A DNA stretch of 64,000 nt from Felis catus (GCF_018350175.1 NC_058368.1:134976001-135040000); one strand, 5' to 3'. Shown: positions 47,261 through 59,725, counted from the stretch's first letter. The notes: a model not told the origin generated them from the sequence alone. A program made the numbers and translations.

Positions 47261-47799
47261 GCAAGAGGGCGATGACCAAATGTGAAAGAAGCAAGTCGCC
47301 TGTGTCAGGGAGGCTCTTAGAGAGACAGGAAGCATGATCAGCTGGAACCAAGCTCAGAAAAGGAAAATTCAGCGCGACTTCATGCCTTTGTTGTCGCTGA
47401 AATTTATCAAGATGCGCCTCTGCTGAGCGTAGCACTGGCGATTCTGAGAAGCCAGATGCAGCCGCCCCCTGTTCCTGGGTCCCCGCAGTCAAACGTCTGC
47501 AGGGCCTGCAGGGAGGGAGAACCCTGGTTCAGCCTAGCTCCCACCGCCAACATCATCCCCCCCCCCTCCCGTGTGATCACTAGAGCTGACATCTGGTGAC
47601 AGCTTCCCCAGTCAGTTTTATGGGCTGTGATCTGCCAAAGCGTGGTGGCCAGCTGAGGGAGACACTCTGCTCCCCAAGATAAGAACCCAGGCACCAGCCT
47701 GAGCCAGGCCAGAGGAAGAGGCATATGTTCTCAATGTGTCTACCCAAAGGAAGACAGCTTTTTTTTTTTTTTTTTAACACAAAGACCTCCTACACGCTA

Positions 47800-48015
47800 G
47801 CTGTGGTCTGTTCGCTGAGCCCTGGCTATATGGCAAACTCTGTGTTAAGAATCTGGTGCACATCGTCACAATTCATTTTTACAACAATCCTAAGAGGCAG
47901 ATTCTTTTAGTATCTTTGTTTTGTGGATGGGGAAACGGAAGCACAGAGGAGTAGATCAATCTGCTCTCACCACATACAGCTATTTGTGTCACGTTTGGAA
48001 TTTGAACACAGGCCC
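47800..48015 (-). mobile_element. MIR
   Basis: tttacaacaatcctaagaggcag...ttttgtggatggggaaacggaagcacagag...ggaatttgaacacagg. Confidence 0.75.
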
Positions 48016-49658
48016 TGCTCCCTCCTGGTATGATTTTGTTCAGTCCTGACCATGATGATGATGATGGTGGCGACTTAAGTCTTGGGGAGTGAGGATGTCT
48101 TTTGAGGCTGTGTTCTCAGGAGTCTCTTGGTCAGCCTAATGTGGCCGTTGGGTGAACAGGAAATGGTGGACTCTTAAATGCTTAGAGACATTGGCTCCAT
48201 CCATCTAGGGCAGGCTGTCCCAAGGCCCACCCTCAGGGTAGGATGCGGTTAAAGTGTCCCTGGCTGAGTAGCAGGTCTGGGTGGAAGTCCCCAGGTAGCA
48301 CAGGGCAAGGGGCCCTCTTGATGAACACAGACTTGATGAACACAGACCTGCTCTGTTCCCTCAATGCCCTGAACGTGGTGGACCTTCCGGCTATGCAGGG
48401 CATTTCTACAGAACTCTCCAGGAAATGACAGATAGGATAGCCTGTCATTGGAGGTGTTGCTCTCAAGAGAGACAGCAACTTTTAGTCCAAAAGGTCTGAA
48501 GCACCAGTGCCCTTAAAATCAAACTGGCAGCCCAGGAATTGGCATGCTAGCAATTTCCCCAGGCTGTTTTGATGTAAGTAGCTCTTAACACTATTCTTCA
48601 TGAAACATCACTTCGGGCCTTACATGCCACACGATGTAGGTCGTCTTCCCAGTTAAACAGAACATGCAAAGTGGACACTGAAAGTTTCCCTGCCAAACGA
48701 GAGCCAACAGCTTTGGTGTCTTGGCTAAACACCGTATCTTTCTAGGGCATTTTATTTTTGAAACAGAACTGAAATGCTTTGCTCACAACCAGTGCAGGTG
48801 AGCGTTCTTAGAGGGAGTGGGGGTGGGGCAACAACCTGCGATGCCATCAGTTGCTTTGAAGAAAAATCACAGGAAAAGAATATGGAAGTATGAGTGGCCT
48901 GGGCTGCATTTTGGAGGGGGGGCTGTGGTGAGCCGTTTCCCAATGGTGCTGCAAAACTAAAGATTTTCAGGTATAAAAACAAGTCTCTGGAAAAGGAGGG
49001 CCTATAAGGATTTATGCCTCAGAGGGTGGCTTCTACATCCAAGTTCAGAAATGGGGGGGTTTTCAGGGTAGAGGGGGAAGTGCTTCCTTTAATTTCCCAC
49101 CCAGCCTCCCTCCTGCTTACAGAAGTAACAGGCTTGACCTGGGCTGTGATATGAAAAACATCATGAAGGCATGTGGCCCAGAAATTTCTCTCCAACCTGC
49201 CTGACACGTTATCCATATATGGTTTCCCTTTGCTTCTGGAGGCATTGGGAACTGTAAGATCACCCACATGAAAGTGCCTGAGAAGAAACGCCTTACCCCC
49301 TTTGTCATCTGCCATCTTGGTAGGGATTGCTTACATACCCTGGCAGTTAGCTGAGAGAATGAAGGCAGGTAAGGAAGGATCAGATGGACAATGGGACGGG
49401 AGAGGGTGAATGAGACCAGACAGGCCACCTCAAGGGGGTATGTGTGCTCTCCCATGACAAAGGCCAGTTTTGTTCACTCCCTTCATCCATATGATTACAG
49501 GTGGAACTATCCCTATCCTTCCCACCAAAAACCATGAGCTCTCTCTCTCCAGATTGCCCCATTCCTTAGATTCAATACTCTAATTAAAGAGTCCAAACAG
49601 TTGACCGCATCACATATTCTGGCTTCTTCCTTTTTCAAAGAAGTGAGGCAAGTGTATG

Positions 49659-49662
49659 GTGT

Positions 49663-49706
<44 letters not shown>
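49659..49706. repeat. (GT)n microsatellite (19 perfect units)
   Basis: Direct reading. Confidence 0.95.
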
Positions 49707-49708
<2 letters not shown>

Positions 49709-50524
49709 ATGCATGCGGGAGGTGTATTACAGACTTCTTCCCTTTATACGCCCCCTAGCCCCTTTCATGGGTCCACCAGTTTGGACCATCCTAGGAACTG
49801 CACAGATAAGAGGCAGAGGCCAGGAACCTGTCTCTTATGGGGAGATGATTCCAAGGCGGAGCCAAAGCTCCAGCCATTTGCCCTGTGAAAGGAGCTGCCT
49901 CCCCGTCAGATGGGAAGGCCAGGGCGCAGCCACCTCAAACCACCTGGCAGCTCCCTGCATTCCGTTCATCAAGTCAGCAGGGCCACAACAGGCACCCGTA
50001 AGAAAGGGGCGTCCCTGCTCCTTTCCTCTTAGCTGACGCCCAGGGGGCAGACACTCAGGGTCACAAAGCATGTGGGAAGCCAAGGTAGATGGTGAGGCTG
50101 GGAAAGGACAGCCTCCTGGGGCCTCAGTTCCGTCAATTCTAAAACAAATGAGTTGATCATAGAATTCCTTTCTGGTTCTTAAGTTGTATGATTCTATAAG
50201 ATGTCTCCATTGTTGGTTTGGCACACATTTTGACGTGTGTGTATGCAGAGACCTATCACATAGGCATTTACATTAATTCAATTATGTAAGTTTTCTCTTG
50301 CATACTTAAAATAAAAATGCTGTAAAATTATATTTTGCCTACACATATGCATTATATATTTATACCAACACGATACGGGACAGGGTTATATGCCCAGAAC
50401 TTTGTATAACTGTACTTTATGGGAGGTTTAAATACTTGTCTAATTTACCTCTGATTGCTCTTGGCTTTAGAACCTAATCCCACAGAAGATGAGATTCCAC
50501 TGAAATTATTATGTTGCTAGAATG

Positions 50525-50765
50525 TGCAGAGGGTATAAGGAAAAGAACGTGGGTTTGGAGTCAGATTCATTTGGGTTTGAATCCTGCATTTGAATCTCAG
50601 CGATGCTATCATTAGATGACATCTTGGACAAGTTCCTTAAGTTCTCCTGACCCCAGTTTCTTCATTGTCAAGTAGGAATCAATAATAATACCCACCTCAC
50701 CGGTATATTATGGAGATTAAATGAAATAGTACATATGACTCTACCATACAGTGTATGTTACTAAG
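50525..50765 (+). mobile_element. MIR
   Basis: tttggagtcagattcatttgggtttgaatcctg...cccagtttcttcattgtcaagtaggaat...gagattaaatgaaata. Confidence 0.8.
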
Positions 50766-51071
50766 GGACCCAGGACTGCGTATCACTCAGTGTATGATTT
50801 ATTTGATGTCTACACGGTACAGCCCACATACACTGGCATATCTAGCATTACTGTTTGACAGCCAAATCAAGCACTTTAGTAGCCATTCATACACCGAAGG
50901 AAACTGCTCTGATGCATCTCAAAAGACTCCTAGATCATGTTTTCCTAATATGAGTTCCAATTCAGCAGAGGATTCTATAGTCATAAATTTGGAACATTCT
51001 GTATGTTCTATGCTTCTCCTTGAGAGTCAGAGTATATTGACACATTAGAGGATTTAAGAATTCCTGCAGTA

Positions 51072-51298
51072 GGGGCGCCTGGGTGGCGCAGTCGGTTAAG
51101 CGTCCGACTTCAGCCAGGTCATGATCTCGCGGTCCGTGAGTTCGAGCCCCGTGTCAGGCTCTGGGCTGATGGCTCAGAGCCTGGAGCCTGTTTCCGATTC
51201 TGTGTCTCCCTCTCTCTCTGACCCTCCCCCGTTCATGCTCTGTCTCTCTCTGTCCCAAAAATAAATAAACGTTGAAAAAAAAATTAAAAAAAAAAAAA
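51072..51298 (+). mobile_element. Young feline CanSINE (SINEC_Fc type)
   Basis: Perfect TSD aagaattcctgcagta at 51056-51071 and 51299-51314; inserted in a hAT MITE fragment. Confidence 0.97.
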
Positions 51299-51529
51299 AA
51301 GAATTCCTGCAGTAAAAATACCTGTTTAACCTGGGACATGTTATATCCTCTAATACTTACTAGTATTAGACAAGGTTCCCAGAGCCATTACCTTCATAAA
51401 TATTCCCAAAGCGCGCAATTTTTGAGAGTCTAGGTCACTGTTGGCATGTGTTACCCTACCTTCTAGGAGCCCTAGGCTGGGTAGATAGTTAGTTCTATGC
51501 ATATTTCTTTTACCAGCACAATGGAAGTC

Positions 51530-51686
51530 GGTGTTCCTGGGTACCACTGGCATCAGAATCATCCAGAGTGCTTTATAAAAATGTAGCTTCCTTGGATCCA
51601 CCCCAAAGCTGAATTAGACAAATGGGTCAGAAGTGTGCACTTTAAATAGGCACTGCAAGCATCAACTCAAGTTTGAGATGCACTGG
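51530..51686. mobile_element. MER5A-like MITE
   Basis: gcatcagaatcatccagagtgctttataaaaatgtag...aagtttgagatgcactg. Confidence 0.7.
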
Positions 51687-52959
51687 TAGGTGTTAGGAGT
51701 TAAATTTAAGCTGGCAGTGATAAAGAGGCCTCGCCTGCTTCTTGCTCTCGATCTCCAAGTTTGTGGAGCTGATTTACATTTGGTTTAAGGGACAAAAGGG
51801 AATCTTTGCCTACCTCTTCGCGTTGGAAGCTCTAGTGAGCAGATTAAAGTCAGTCAGTGTAGTATGGGGTCCTTTAATCTGATGGCTTTCCTGCCCCTGG
51901 CCCCCAGAAAACGGGCATCTTCATGTCTACGGGAACTGTTTCTGCCCAAGAGTGGTGTCCCTTGACAAAACTACTCTGTGGCCCGACTCCCCACATAAAG
52001 CACTCAGATAAAGGGTGAGGTGGAAGGAGAAAAGCAATGAATGGCAGCATGCAGCCTCGGGGATGGAGGTATGGAAAGAAGAGGATGATCTTTAATTGTG
52101 AGAGGCGCCATATTAGAGGTTTACTCCGCGGGTCAGTGCCCTTGTGCTGTTACTAGTAGTAGTAAGGGTCTCCTTGAAAAGGGAATGGGCCTGAACCCTT
52201 GCGCTAACCTTCTGGAAGGCAAACGGGTCTCTCGGGGGACTAGATAAGCCCAGTCTCCAGTCTTACAGTGCAGAGATTTCTTCAAGGTCAGGGCCCTCGC
52301 GATCCCTCAAGGGTGACCACATGCCTCTGGAGTTAAGCCGGGAGCCTACCTCAAGATACACCTATCTGCCCCTTGAAGAGACAGATATTCCATTGCTACT
52401 GCTTCTGCCGTGCTGCGCGAATCATATGTGCTGTGGTGTCTTGCGAGCTACTTATCTGCATGTGCTCCGTTGTGCATATTCAAACGACAAATCAGTTGCC
52501 TTTCTTTCCACACTGATCTGAAGGCAGCTCTGTCTGTTGGCTAGACTTCCAATTCCCTAACAGTAGGAAGGGGAGGTTGAACTTCAGCTGTCTCATTCCA
52601 AGCAGGAATTCAGGCTCCTTAAATCATGAGAACGGGGTAAAATCTAACAGTTGGCTCCTGCCAACAGGAGATCTCTAGGGGGAAGTGCGAGAGGAAGGAA
52701 GAAGGAGCTTTGGAGGCTGGAGCGCACTGAGCTAGAGCATTAAGGGTCATGGGGGAAGGGAGTCAGGAAGCCCCTCCTGATGTTGACCTTGCCCCCTCTC
52801 TCCTCTTTACTGAGGTGCTTCGCTGAACTTCTGGGAATCTCCCTCCACCTCTTCCCCAAATTTTACCTCCTTTTTCTTCTTCCAGGGAAGAGGGGTAAGT
52901 CAACGCAGGAAAGCCATGATACTGAGAGTCATGAGGGAAATCGTGCTACCCAGGCATAA

Positions 52960-53100
52960 CATAGTGTGGTACTTAGAGAGCAAGTGGGGCCGGAAGTTGT
53001 CTTACTTCCTGTGACTGTACCCTGTGCAGCCCAGTGGGCTGCCCTCCCCACCCCACTCGCCCCCGCCAGTGCTGGACTACTTCCCCTCACCGCAAACACC
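52960..53100. promoter_or_regulatory. Candidate enhancer or promoter core (RUNX/ETS/PU.1/KLF motif cluster)
   Basis: TGTGGT 52965; CCGGAAGT 52990; ACTTCCTG 53004; CCCCACCC 53046; CCCCGCC 53061; ACTTCCCCTC 53079; ACCGCA 53089. Confidence 0.45.
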
Positions 53101-55335
53101 CGATGTACTTGGAAAACAGCAGTATGTATAACAAATTCAGAAAAGTTGTTGGTGATTTATGGGAGTCTGATTTCCCTCCGAGGACTCTGTGCTTTGTAAA
53201 GTGCAGAGGGAGAGGGGCAGTGGTGGCGCCGAGGGCCCTCAGACCATTCCCCTGCCATTCACCTCTGGCCTCTTCAAATGCTTGTGGAGTAGAATTTCTG
53301 GTTGAATCATATGGTTTGGGTTGAGAAAAAGGAGGCTGATAAGCGGGGGAAACAGCAAGATGATTTCGAAATGGCATCATTACAATCTGATCAAATAAAC
53401 CAAGTGACCTTTCTTTCCAAATAACTATCTCATGAAATTACTCTCAATTCCTCCTCTACCTCACCCTGCACCACATGAGCTAGGTGCTGCCCTTCTGCAT
53501 TCCACGAGACATATGACAACTGGTCAGCTTCCCGCAGAAAGGAAGGACACGCTCTTCCCTCGTAGCTACCATTTCCCATTTAAGAAAGAAGCATCCGTGT
53601 TGCCTGTTTCCACCGGTCGTCCTGCATGTGCCCATGACTCTTATCCACTTTCCGTTAGATGCCCTGTGCACCCACCAAGCGGAGCTCAAGTGAGTTTCTG
53701 ACCACCATTGTGTTCCAGCTGCCCTCCATCTGGCTAGTTCTGCCCTGAGTTTTTCTCTGTTCCTAGGCTATCTGTGACATAGTGACCCATTTTACCTCTG
53801 TCTGTTCAGAAGTGGCTGTTGTGGCGGGGAGAGGGATGAATCACTTTGTATCCATAACAATGCAAGCGATCCCCAAACATCAGACACTTTTTACTGTTCA
53901 AAGTCCTCGAACAGGCTTTGAAGGAAACTCCACAAAGCAGTTACCTCTGGCTCAACACCTGGGATGATGCTGCCCAACCCGAAATAGAAAACTTGAGAAA
54001 CTACCTCAGAGCCACTGGAGATACAAGTTTCGAACAGAAAGACCGGGTCGCTCTAACCACTTCAGCATATTTCCTTCCAGCCAAGCAATAAGCCCACGGT
54101 ACAGCGGAATTCCAGAGACTTCCTGACTTAGCACAAAGCTGCCATTTTGTCATGTCTCCATTTGAGTCCTCCCATTAGTCGGCCTAATGGTACCATAACT
54201 AATAAATCAGGTAGAGCCCGGCTGCCTCCTAAAAGATGGATTTGCCTTGATTCTCTGTACCACATGCAAGCAAGCAGTAATTTATACACTGCCTGGAAAC
54301 CAGTAGCACAAACACTGATAAGTAAATGTTCGGTTGAAGCCGAATTCCCCCTACTCTTCATGAAAGAAACTTGGATGCTGACTCTCAAGTGTCAATCATC
54401 TTGAATCATGCTGCTGTCGAATTTAGCTAATGTGCTTTTCAAAGTAGCGTCTCCCATTAAGCCAAATGATGCCTTCAGGCACAGTGTTCCTTTAAAATGC
54501 TCTACCGTATTTGAGTAGAAAATAGATGTGGAAAAATGTTAAGTCTATTTGGACAATTGGCTATATAGCCAGGGTTAAATGTTTGTATTTCACGTTACTA
54601 TTTTTAATCAAAAGTTCTCAAATAATTACAGCCTAAAGGAAACCGCAGTAAACATTTTAACCAGAAATGTACTCACTGTATTGGATAATTACCAAAGAAT
54701 AAATAAATAGCATTTATGAAGGGGGAAGAAAGAAGAGTTGACATTGTTCGAAGTTGCCAACTTCCAAGAACAGAATCTCTACCCCACGGCTTCCCTCCGT
54801 CCTCCAGACCCCTCTTAGCTCCTCTTCCCACCTTACCCAGGAACTCAACCACCTTCTGAACTTTCCCTCCATTTCTCCCCGTGGAAACCTGCCCACTGGA
54901 AAAGATCTGGAAAGTCATTTTCATTACAGTGTACATGACTGATAATTTAAGTGTTACATGTTTTCAGATTATTCACTTATTTTAACATACTGTGTAACGT
55001 TTTAGTCTAAAGAAATAAGCCCTAATGGGAAACTCAGCAGCCAGACCATGGGTGAAAAATGATTTTTGCCAATAAGCGTAGTAGCAATAGAGGAATGCCT
55101 CCTCAACCCAAGTGAGATCTTAATAGCACAGAAGTTTTGGAGCTACTAATGTACGTGGAAGAAAACAAAATATTTGACAAGTCCAGTTTTAAAAATATAG
55201 TTGTGTTCCAAAAATGTAAGTGGCCTCACTAAATGTAGTCAATACAGTATGTGACATTTGGGTTTTGGAAAAATTAGCAAGAATACATACTGAGAACCTG
55301 CTCCCCACACACATTTTTAAAGAGTTTACTATATA

Positions 55336-55554
55336 GGGGCGCCTGGGTGGCTCAGTCGGTTGAGCGTCCGACTTCGGCTCAGGTCATGATCTCACAGTCT
55401 GTGAGTTCGAGCCCCGGGTCGGGCTCTGTGCTGACAGCTCGGAGCCTGGAGCCTGCTTTGGATTCTGTGTCTCCCTCTCTCTGACCCTTCCCCATTTAAG
55501 CTCTGTCTCTCTCTCTCTGTCTTAAAAATAAATAAACATTAAAAAAAAATTTTT
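55336..55554 (+). mobile_element. CanSINE (Fc2-like)
   Basis: TSD aaagagtttactat on both sides. Confidence 0.95.
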
Positions 55555-55779
55555 AAAGAGTTTACTATGCAGTCTTACATTAAGGGGATGGAAAAGGAGT
55601 AGAGCAGAGAAAGATCCCAGAGGTTCCTGGAGGACCAAAAACTAGAAGACCATGGGACCTAAGTCTACTGCTCTCAGGTGCTCCATACATTTGGGGAGGA
55701 AGGAACCTGGCAAAAGGCTGTAAAACTAGGTGACTACCACGACACTGGTGACCTTTATTGAGGAGAATTCCAGAAGCCA

Positions 55780-56250
55780 TTGTTCTCATGGTAAAGACCA
55801 AACATCTCAAGGCCCTGGGTAATCTGGCCCCTGCCAACTTCTCATGTCTCTGCATCACCTCCCACCCTCACCCCAGCTCTTTGTGCTCCAGCCAAGGGTC
55901 TTTACACTTGCACTCTCCAAGTCTGAAATACTCTTACATTCCCCCGACTGTTCTAGTGAATTCTTGCTCACCCTTCAAAGCGCAGCTCAGTGGTTCTATC
56001 CTCTGAGAAGCCAGCGTGATTCCTCAGACTAGACAAAATTTTCTGTTTTCACAACTCCTCCTCTTTCCCTCCAAAACCACTTTTCCTACTTTGTAATTAT
56101 GTGTTCGTGTGACCGTTAACTCGTGCCTGTGTCCCCTACTGCTCTGTATGTACCACAAAGATGGGCCGTATCTCATTATTTTACCTTTGTGTTCCCAGGG
56201 CCATGTACAGTGTTTGGCACATAACGTGTACTCCATAAATGTTAATAATC
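55780..56250 (+). mobile_element. L2 3' region
   Basis: caaggccctgggtaatctggcccctgccaacttctc...cagtgtttggcacataacgtgtactccataaatgtt. Confidence 0.7.
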
Positions 56251-56269
56251 AAAACTTTTTCTCACCATG

Positions 56270-56614
56270 TGCTATGAACCGAATGTTTGTGTTCCCCACA
56301 AAATTTGTATGTTGAAGCCTCATCCCCAGTATGATGGTATTTACAGGTGAGGCCTCCGGGAGACAATTAAGTCATGAAGGTGGAGCCTTCAGCAATGGGA
56401 TGAATATCCTTTTAAGAAAAGATCTGTCTCCACCATGTGAAGTGATAGCAAGAAGGCATCTGTCTGCAAACCAGGAAGAGGCCTCTCACTGGACACCAAA
56501 TTGGCCGGCACTTTGATTTCAGATTTCCCAACCTCTGGAACCGTGAGAAATAAATTTCTGTTGGTTAAGCCATCCAGTCTATGGCATTCTGTTAGAGCAG
56601 CTTGAACTAAGACA
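56270..56614 (+). mobile_element. MLT1A-like MaLR solo LTR
   Basis: tgctatgaaccgaatgtttgtgttcccc...gtgagaaataaatttctgttggttaagccatccagtctatggc...actaagaca. Confidence 0.9.
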
Positions 56615-56639
56615 GCAAGGCAGCTCAGGACAGACAACA

Positions 56640-56845
56640 AGCTGTGTAGTTTTGAGCACATGGCTTAATTTCTCCAAACCTCAGTTTCATTTCATTGTGG
56701 TATAAACGACCCATAACCTCTCTACCATGGCATTGATAAAATAGCACCCACTTCTGAGGATTGTTTTGGGCATGAAATGAAATAATACATGCATATCATG
56801 TCTGGTACGCATTGAGTACAAACACTCAATAAACATTTCTTACTA
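56640..56845 (+). mobile_element. MIR
   Basis: cttaatttctccaaacctcagtttc...aaatgaaataatacatg...acactcaataaac. Confidence 0.65.
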
Positions 56846-57218
56846 CTGCTGCCACAACTTACCTCTGTGCACCAGCTATCTCATCCATCAGGTGCTGGTT
56901 TTGAAGGTTCCTTCTGGTTTCAAACACACGAGGACTCCTAAGTAATCCTAAAAGAAAAGTTCGTCGTCATCTGGATTTGTCAACTTGGCAACTTTAACAA
57001 TCAATATACTAATCTTTTTGCTCAGTTACAAAACTTCTGCAGGCACCAGCAATGATTCATCAGCTTGTAAGACGCATGAATTTAGGGCATGACCATTAAT
57101 TTTATGAACTTGCATCACATGTACCAGAACTCCTCTTTTCTTCTCACAAGATTCTAGGAAGTGTGAGGAGGAGGTGATACGGAATGATGAAGCTCCATTT
57201 CCATCTGCTGTCCCGAAC

Positions 57219-57239
57219 GGGGGGGGGGGGGGGGGGGGG
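57219..57239. repeat. G21 homopolymer
   Basis: Direct reading. Confidence 0.95.
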
Positions 57240-59079
57240 AGGCATATTTTAACTTTTGATGATCTGACAACACGGTAGATATACATGCCCGTATTTGAAA
57301 GAAGAAAAAGCCCAGAAAATCAAAAGTAAGATATTCGTATCACACAAGTCAAAATATTAAACAGAGGACTGTGTGCAACTCTGTGGTTTGCAAACTCTGT
57401 CATAGATCTTTCTTGATTTCAACCCACATGTAAGAAGTAATGTTCGTTATCTGGTAATTAACTGCGTACACTGTTTTACTTCCAGTAAAAAACATACTCT
57501 ATGCTCTTATGTTTAATGGACAGTTTTATGCCCATTTTATGCATGAGGAAGTTGAGGACCTATGAGGGAAGATAATTACCTAAAAATCACACAGCTAATC
57601 AGGCATGAGACCCATGCCAAATAAGCCCAAAGGTTTAAGCCTCATGATCAGACACCCCACTTCCCTGTGTTTACCTGCCAAGTCTGTAAGTGTGAGCTGT
57701 ATTTCATGTTTGTTTCCCATAAATACATCCTTATTGATAATGTCAATAAAGTAAATTTCATCACGCACTTGGAAGGGCTCTGTCTTCACCCTGGCAATGT
57801 TTTGCCTTCCAGAAGAATAAAACAATGCACCATAGTTTCCAAGTACCTTTCATTTGTCCCTGGGACCTTTGCTATTTGGATTATACTTCCTCCTTCCCAG
57901 ACCTTAGCAAATATAATACTTTGGTCCAAATAATTGTGCCTGTAATAAAGACAATTTCAACGGCAAGCACCCTTTCCCCAAACTCCTATGTCTTTTTAGT
58001 GCTTTATTTTAGGCTGATCCATACTATCTAAAAATGTTTCAATAAAATCTGAAGCTAGAGGAGGGCGCAGTGACAAGAAAAAAAATTTATTAAAACCGAC
58101 AATCAACGTTGGTATAAAGTTTTATAGTTTACCAAGTTGCAAAGCTAAAAGTCATGGGACTTTAAGCAAACCTCGTGAGGTAGCTAAAGCAGGCAGGTCT
58201 CATGATTCCCATTTCATAAATGAGGAAAATGAGGTTCATTCAGATTTTTTTTACTTCAAATTCTGTGCTAGAGCTATAGTTACACAAGACTCCTGAGGAC
58301 TTCATTATTAGTGTTCTTTTTTATGACTCTTACCCTTCGAAATCAGAAGGGCATTTGCCTGACCTTTCATGCTCACGAGCAAGCAAAGAAATCAGAATTG
58401 GTATCATTGGCCAAAATTCACTTAAAATAAGTTTATTTATTATTCTCCAGATACGCTTTGGACAAGTTATTTTTAAAACAATTGTGCATCAGTAAAAGTC
58501 CATAGGAACAATGAACACTCCATAGACTTCTGGTGGAGAAAGTGAATTCAGAACAGACCTTGATATGCTGTCGAAATGAAACAATGCCTGGGCAAGTTCC
58601 ATTACTGTTGCACAAACAAAACCAAGGAAATGGGAGAAGAAAGGAGAAAAGTAAAGTATATTTATGTCCTGCAGGGCTGGAGCTTTGGCAGGAAATTCCA
58701 AGCGAGAGTTCTCGTCAGTGCTCTACCAGTTGACCCTGGGATTGTGGAACCTTTGCACGGTCAACTCCAACCAGGCATGTGGTTAGCCCACAGGCTCCAG
58801 AGGCTGGAGGGGCCTGGGCCTCCCTTACATTTCCCATGTTCCCCAAAACCTGGCCACTCCGTCTGCAGGGCAGTTTCCTTTCTTGCTCCTACAGGACTTG
58901 CACACCTGTAATTTAAAGCAGGAAGAGCTGCCTGTCTCCCCTCACCCTTTCCACTGCTCCTACATCCATTGTTTACTGAACCCTGTCTAAGTAAATCTTT
59001 GATTTTGCATTCGATACCTCTTACCTGGGAATAGATGACTTAGGTAACTTGAAGAGACAGGCTATGTACCTGACACACA

Positions 59080-59482
59080 GTAGATATTCTCAAATTGTAT
59101 TACATAACAATCACTTGGAATGTTCTTCTTCTTTTTTTTTAACGTTCATTTTTGAGAGAGAGAGACAGAGTGTGACCAGGGAAGAGTCAGAGAGGGAGAC
59201 ACAGATACAAAGCAAGCTCTAGGCTCTGAGCTGTCAGTACAGAGCCTGATGTGGGACTCAAACTCACGGACCAAGAGATCATGACCTGAGCTGAAGTCGG
59301 ACTCTTAACCGACTGAGCCACCCAGGCGTCCCTGGAATGCCCATTTCAAATGCAGATTTCTAGGTCCTATCCCTGGAGATTCTGATTTAGTAGGCTTGGG
59401 ATGGGACCCAATATCTGGATTCTAATCAAACACTCCAGATGATTTTGATGTAGGGGATCTAGGATAGTGCTCTCAGAAATAA
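59080..59482. mobile_element. MER5B-like MITE split by a SINE
   Basis: aaatgcagatttctaggtcctatccctggagattctgatttagtagg...ctccagatgattttgatg. Confidence 0.75.
59126..59332 (-). mobile_element. CanSINE
   Basis: Flanked by tggaatg at 59116 and 59333. Confidence 0.93.
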
Positions 59483-59559
59483 CATAGCAAGTGCTAAATA
59501 ACTGAATAAAAGAAAAAATATATCTTGAATGAGTATCACTGGTTGAATAGTGTCTCTCA

Positions 59560-59725
59560 CATTTGCCTTGCCAGAAGAATTATGGGGATACTCATTAAAA
59601 ATACTGATTCCTAGGCCTACCCCAGACCTAGTATTCACGATTTCCAGAGAAGGCTTCTGGGAATCTAGATTCTTAAATAGGTGCCCCAAATGAATCTTCT
59701 GATGAGGCCCCTTTGAGGAATACTA
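59560..59725. mobile_element. MER5A-like MITE
   Basis: ttaaaaatactgattcctaggcctaccccagacct...gggaatctagattcttaaataggtgcccc. Confidence 0.65.

Noticed and set aside
58550..58655. Strong minus-strand acceptor (pyrimidine tract plus CAG near 58604)
   Set aside because: Only a weak downstream donor and an unrecognised peptide; isolated acceptors are common by chance.
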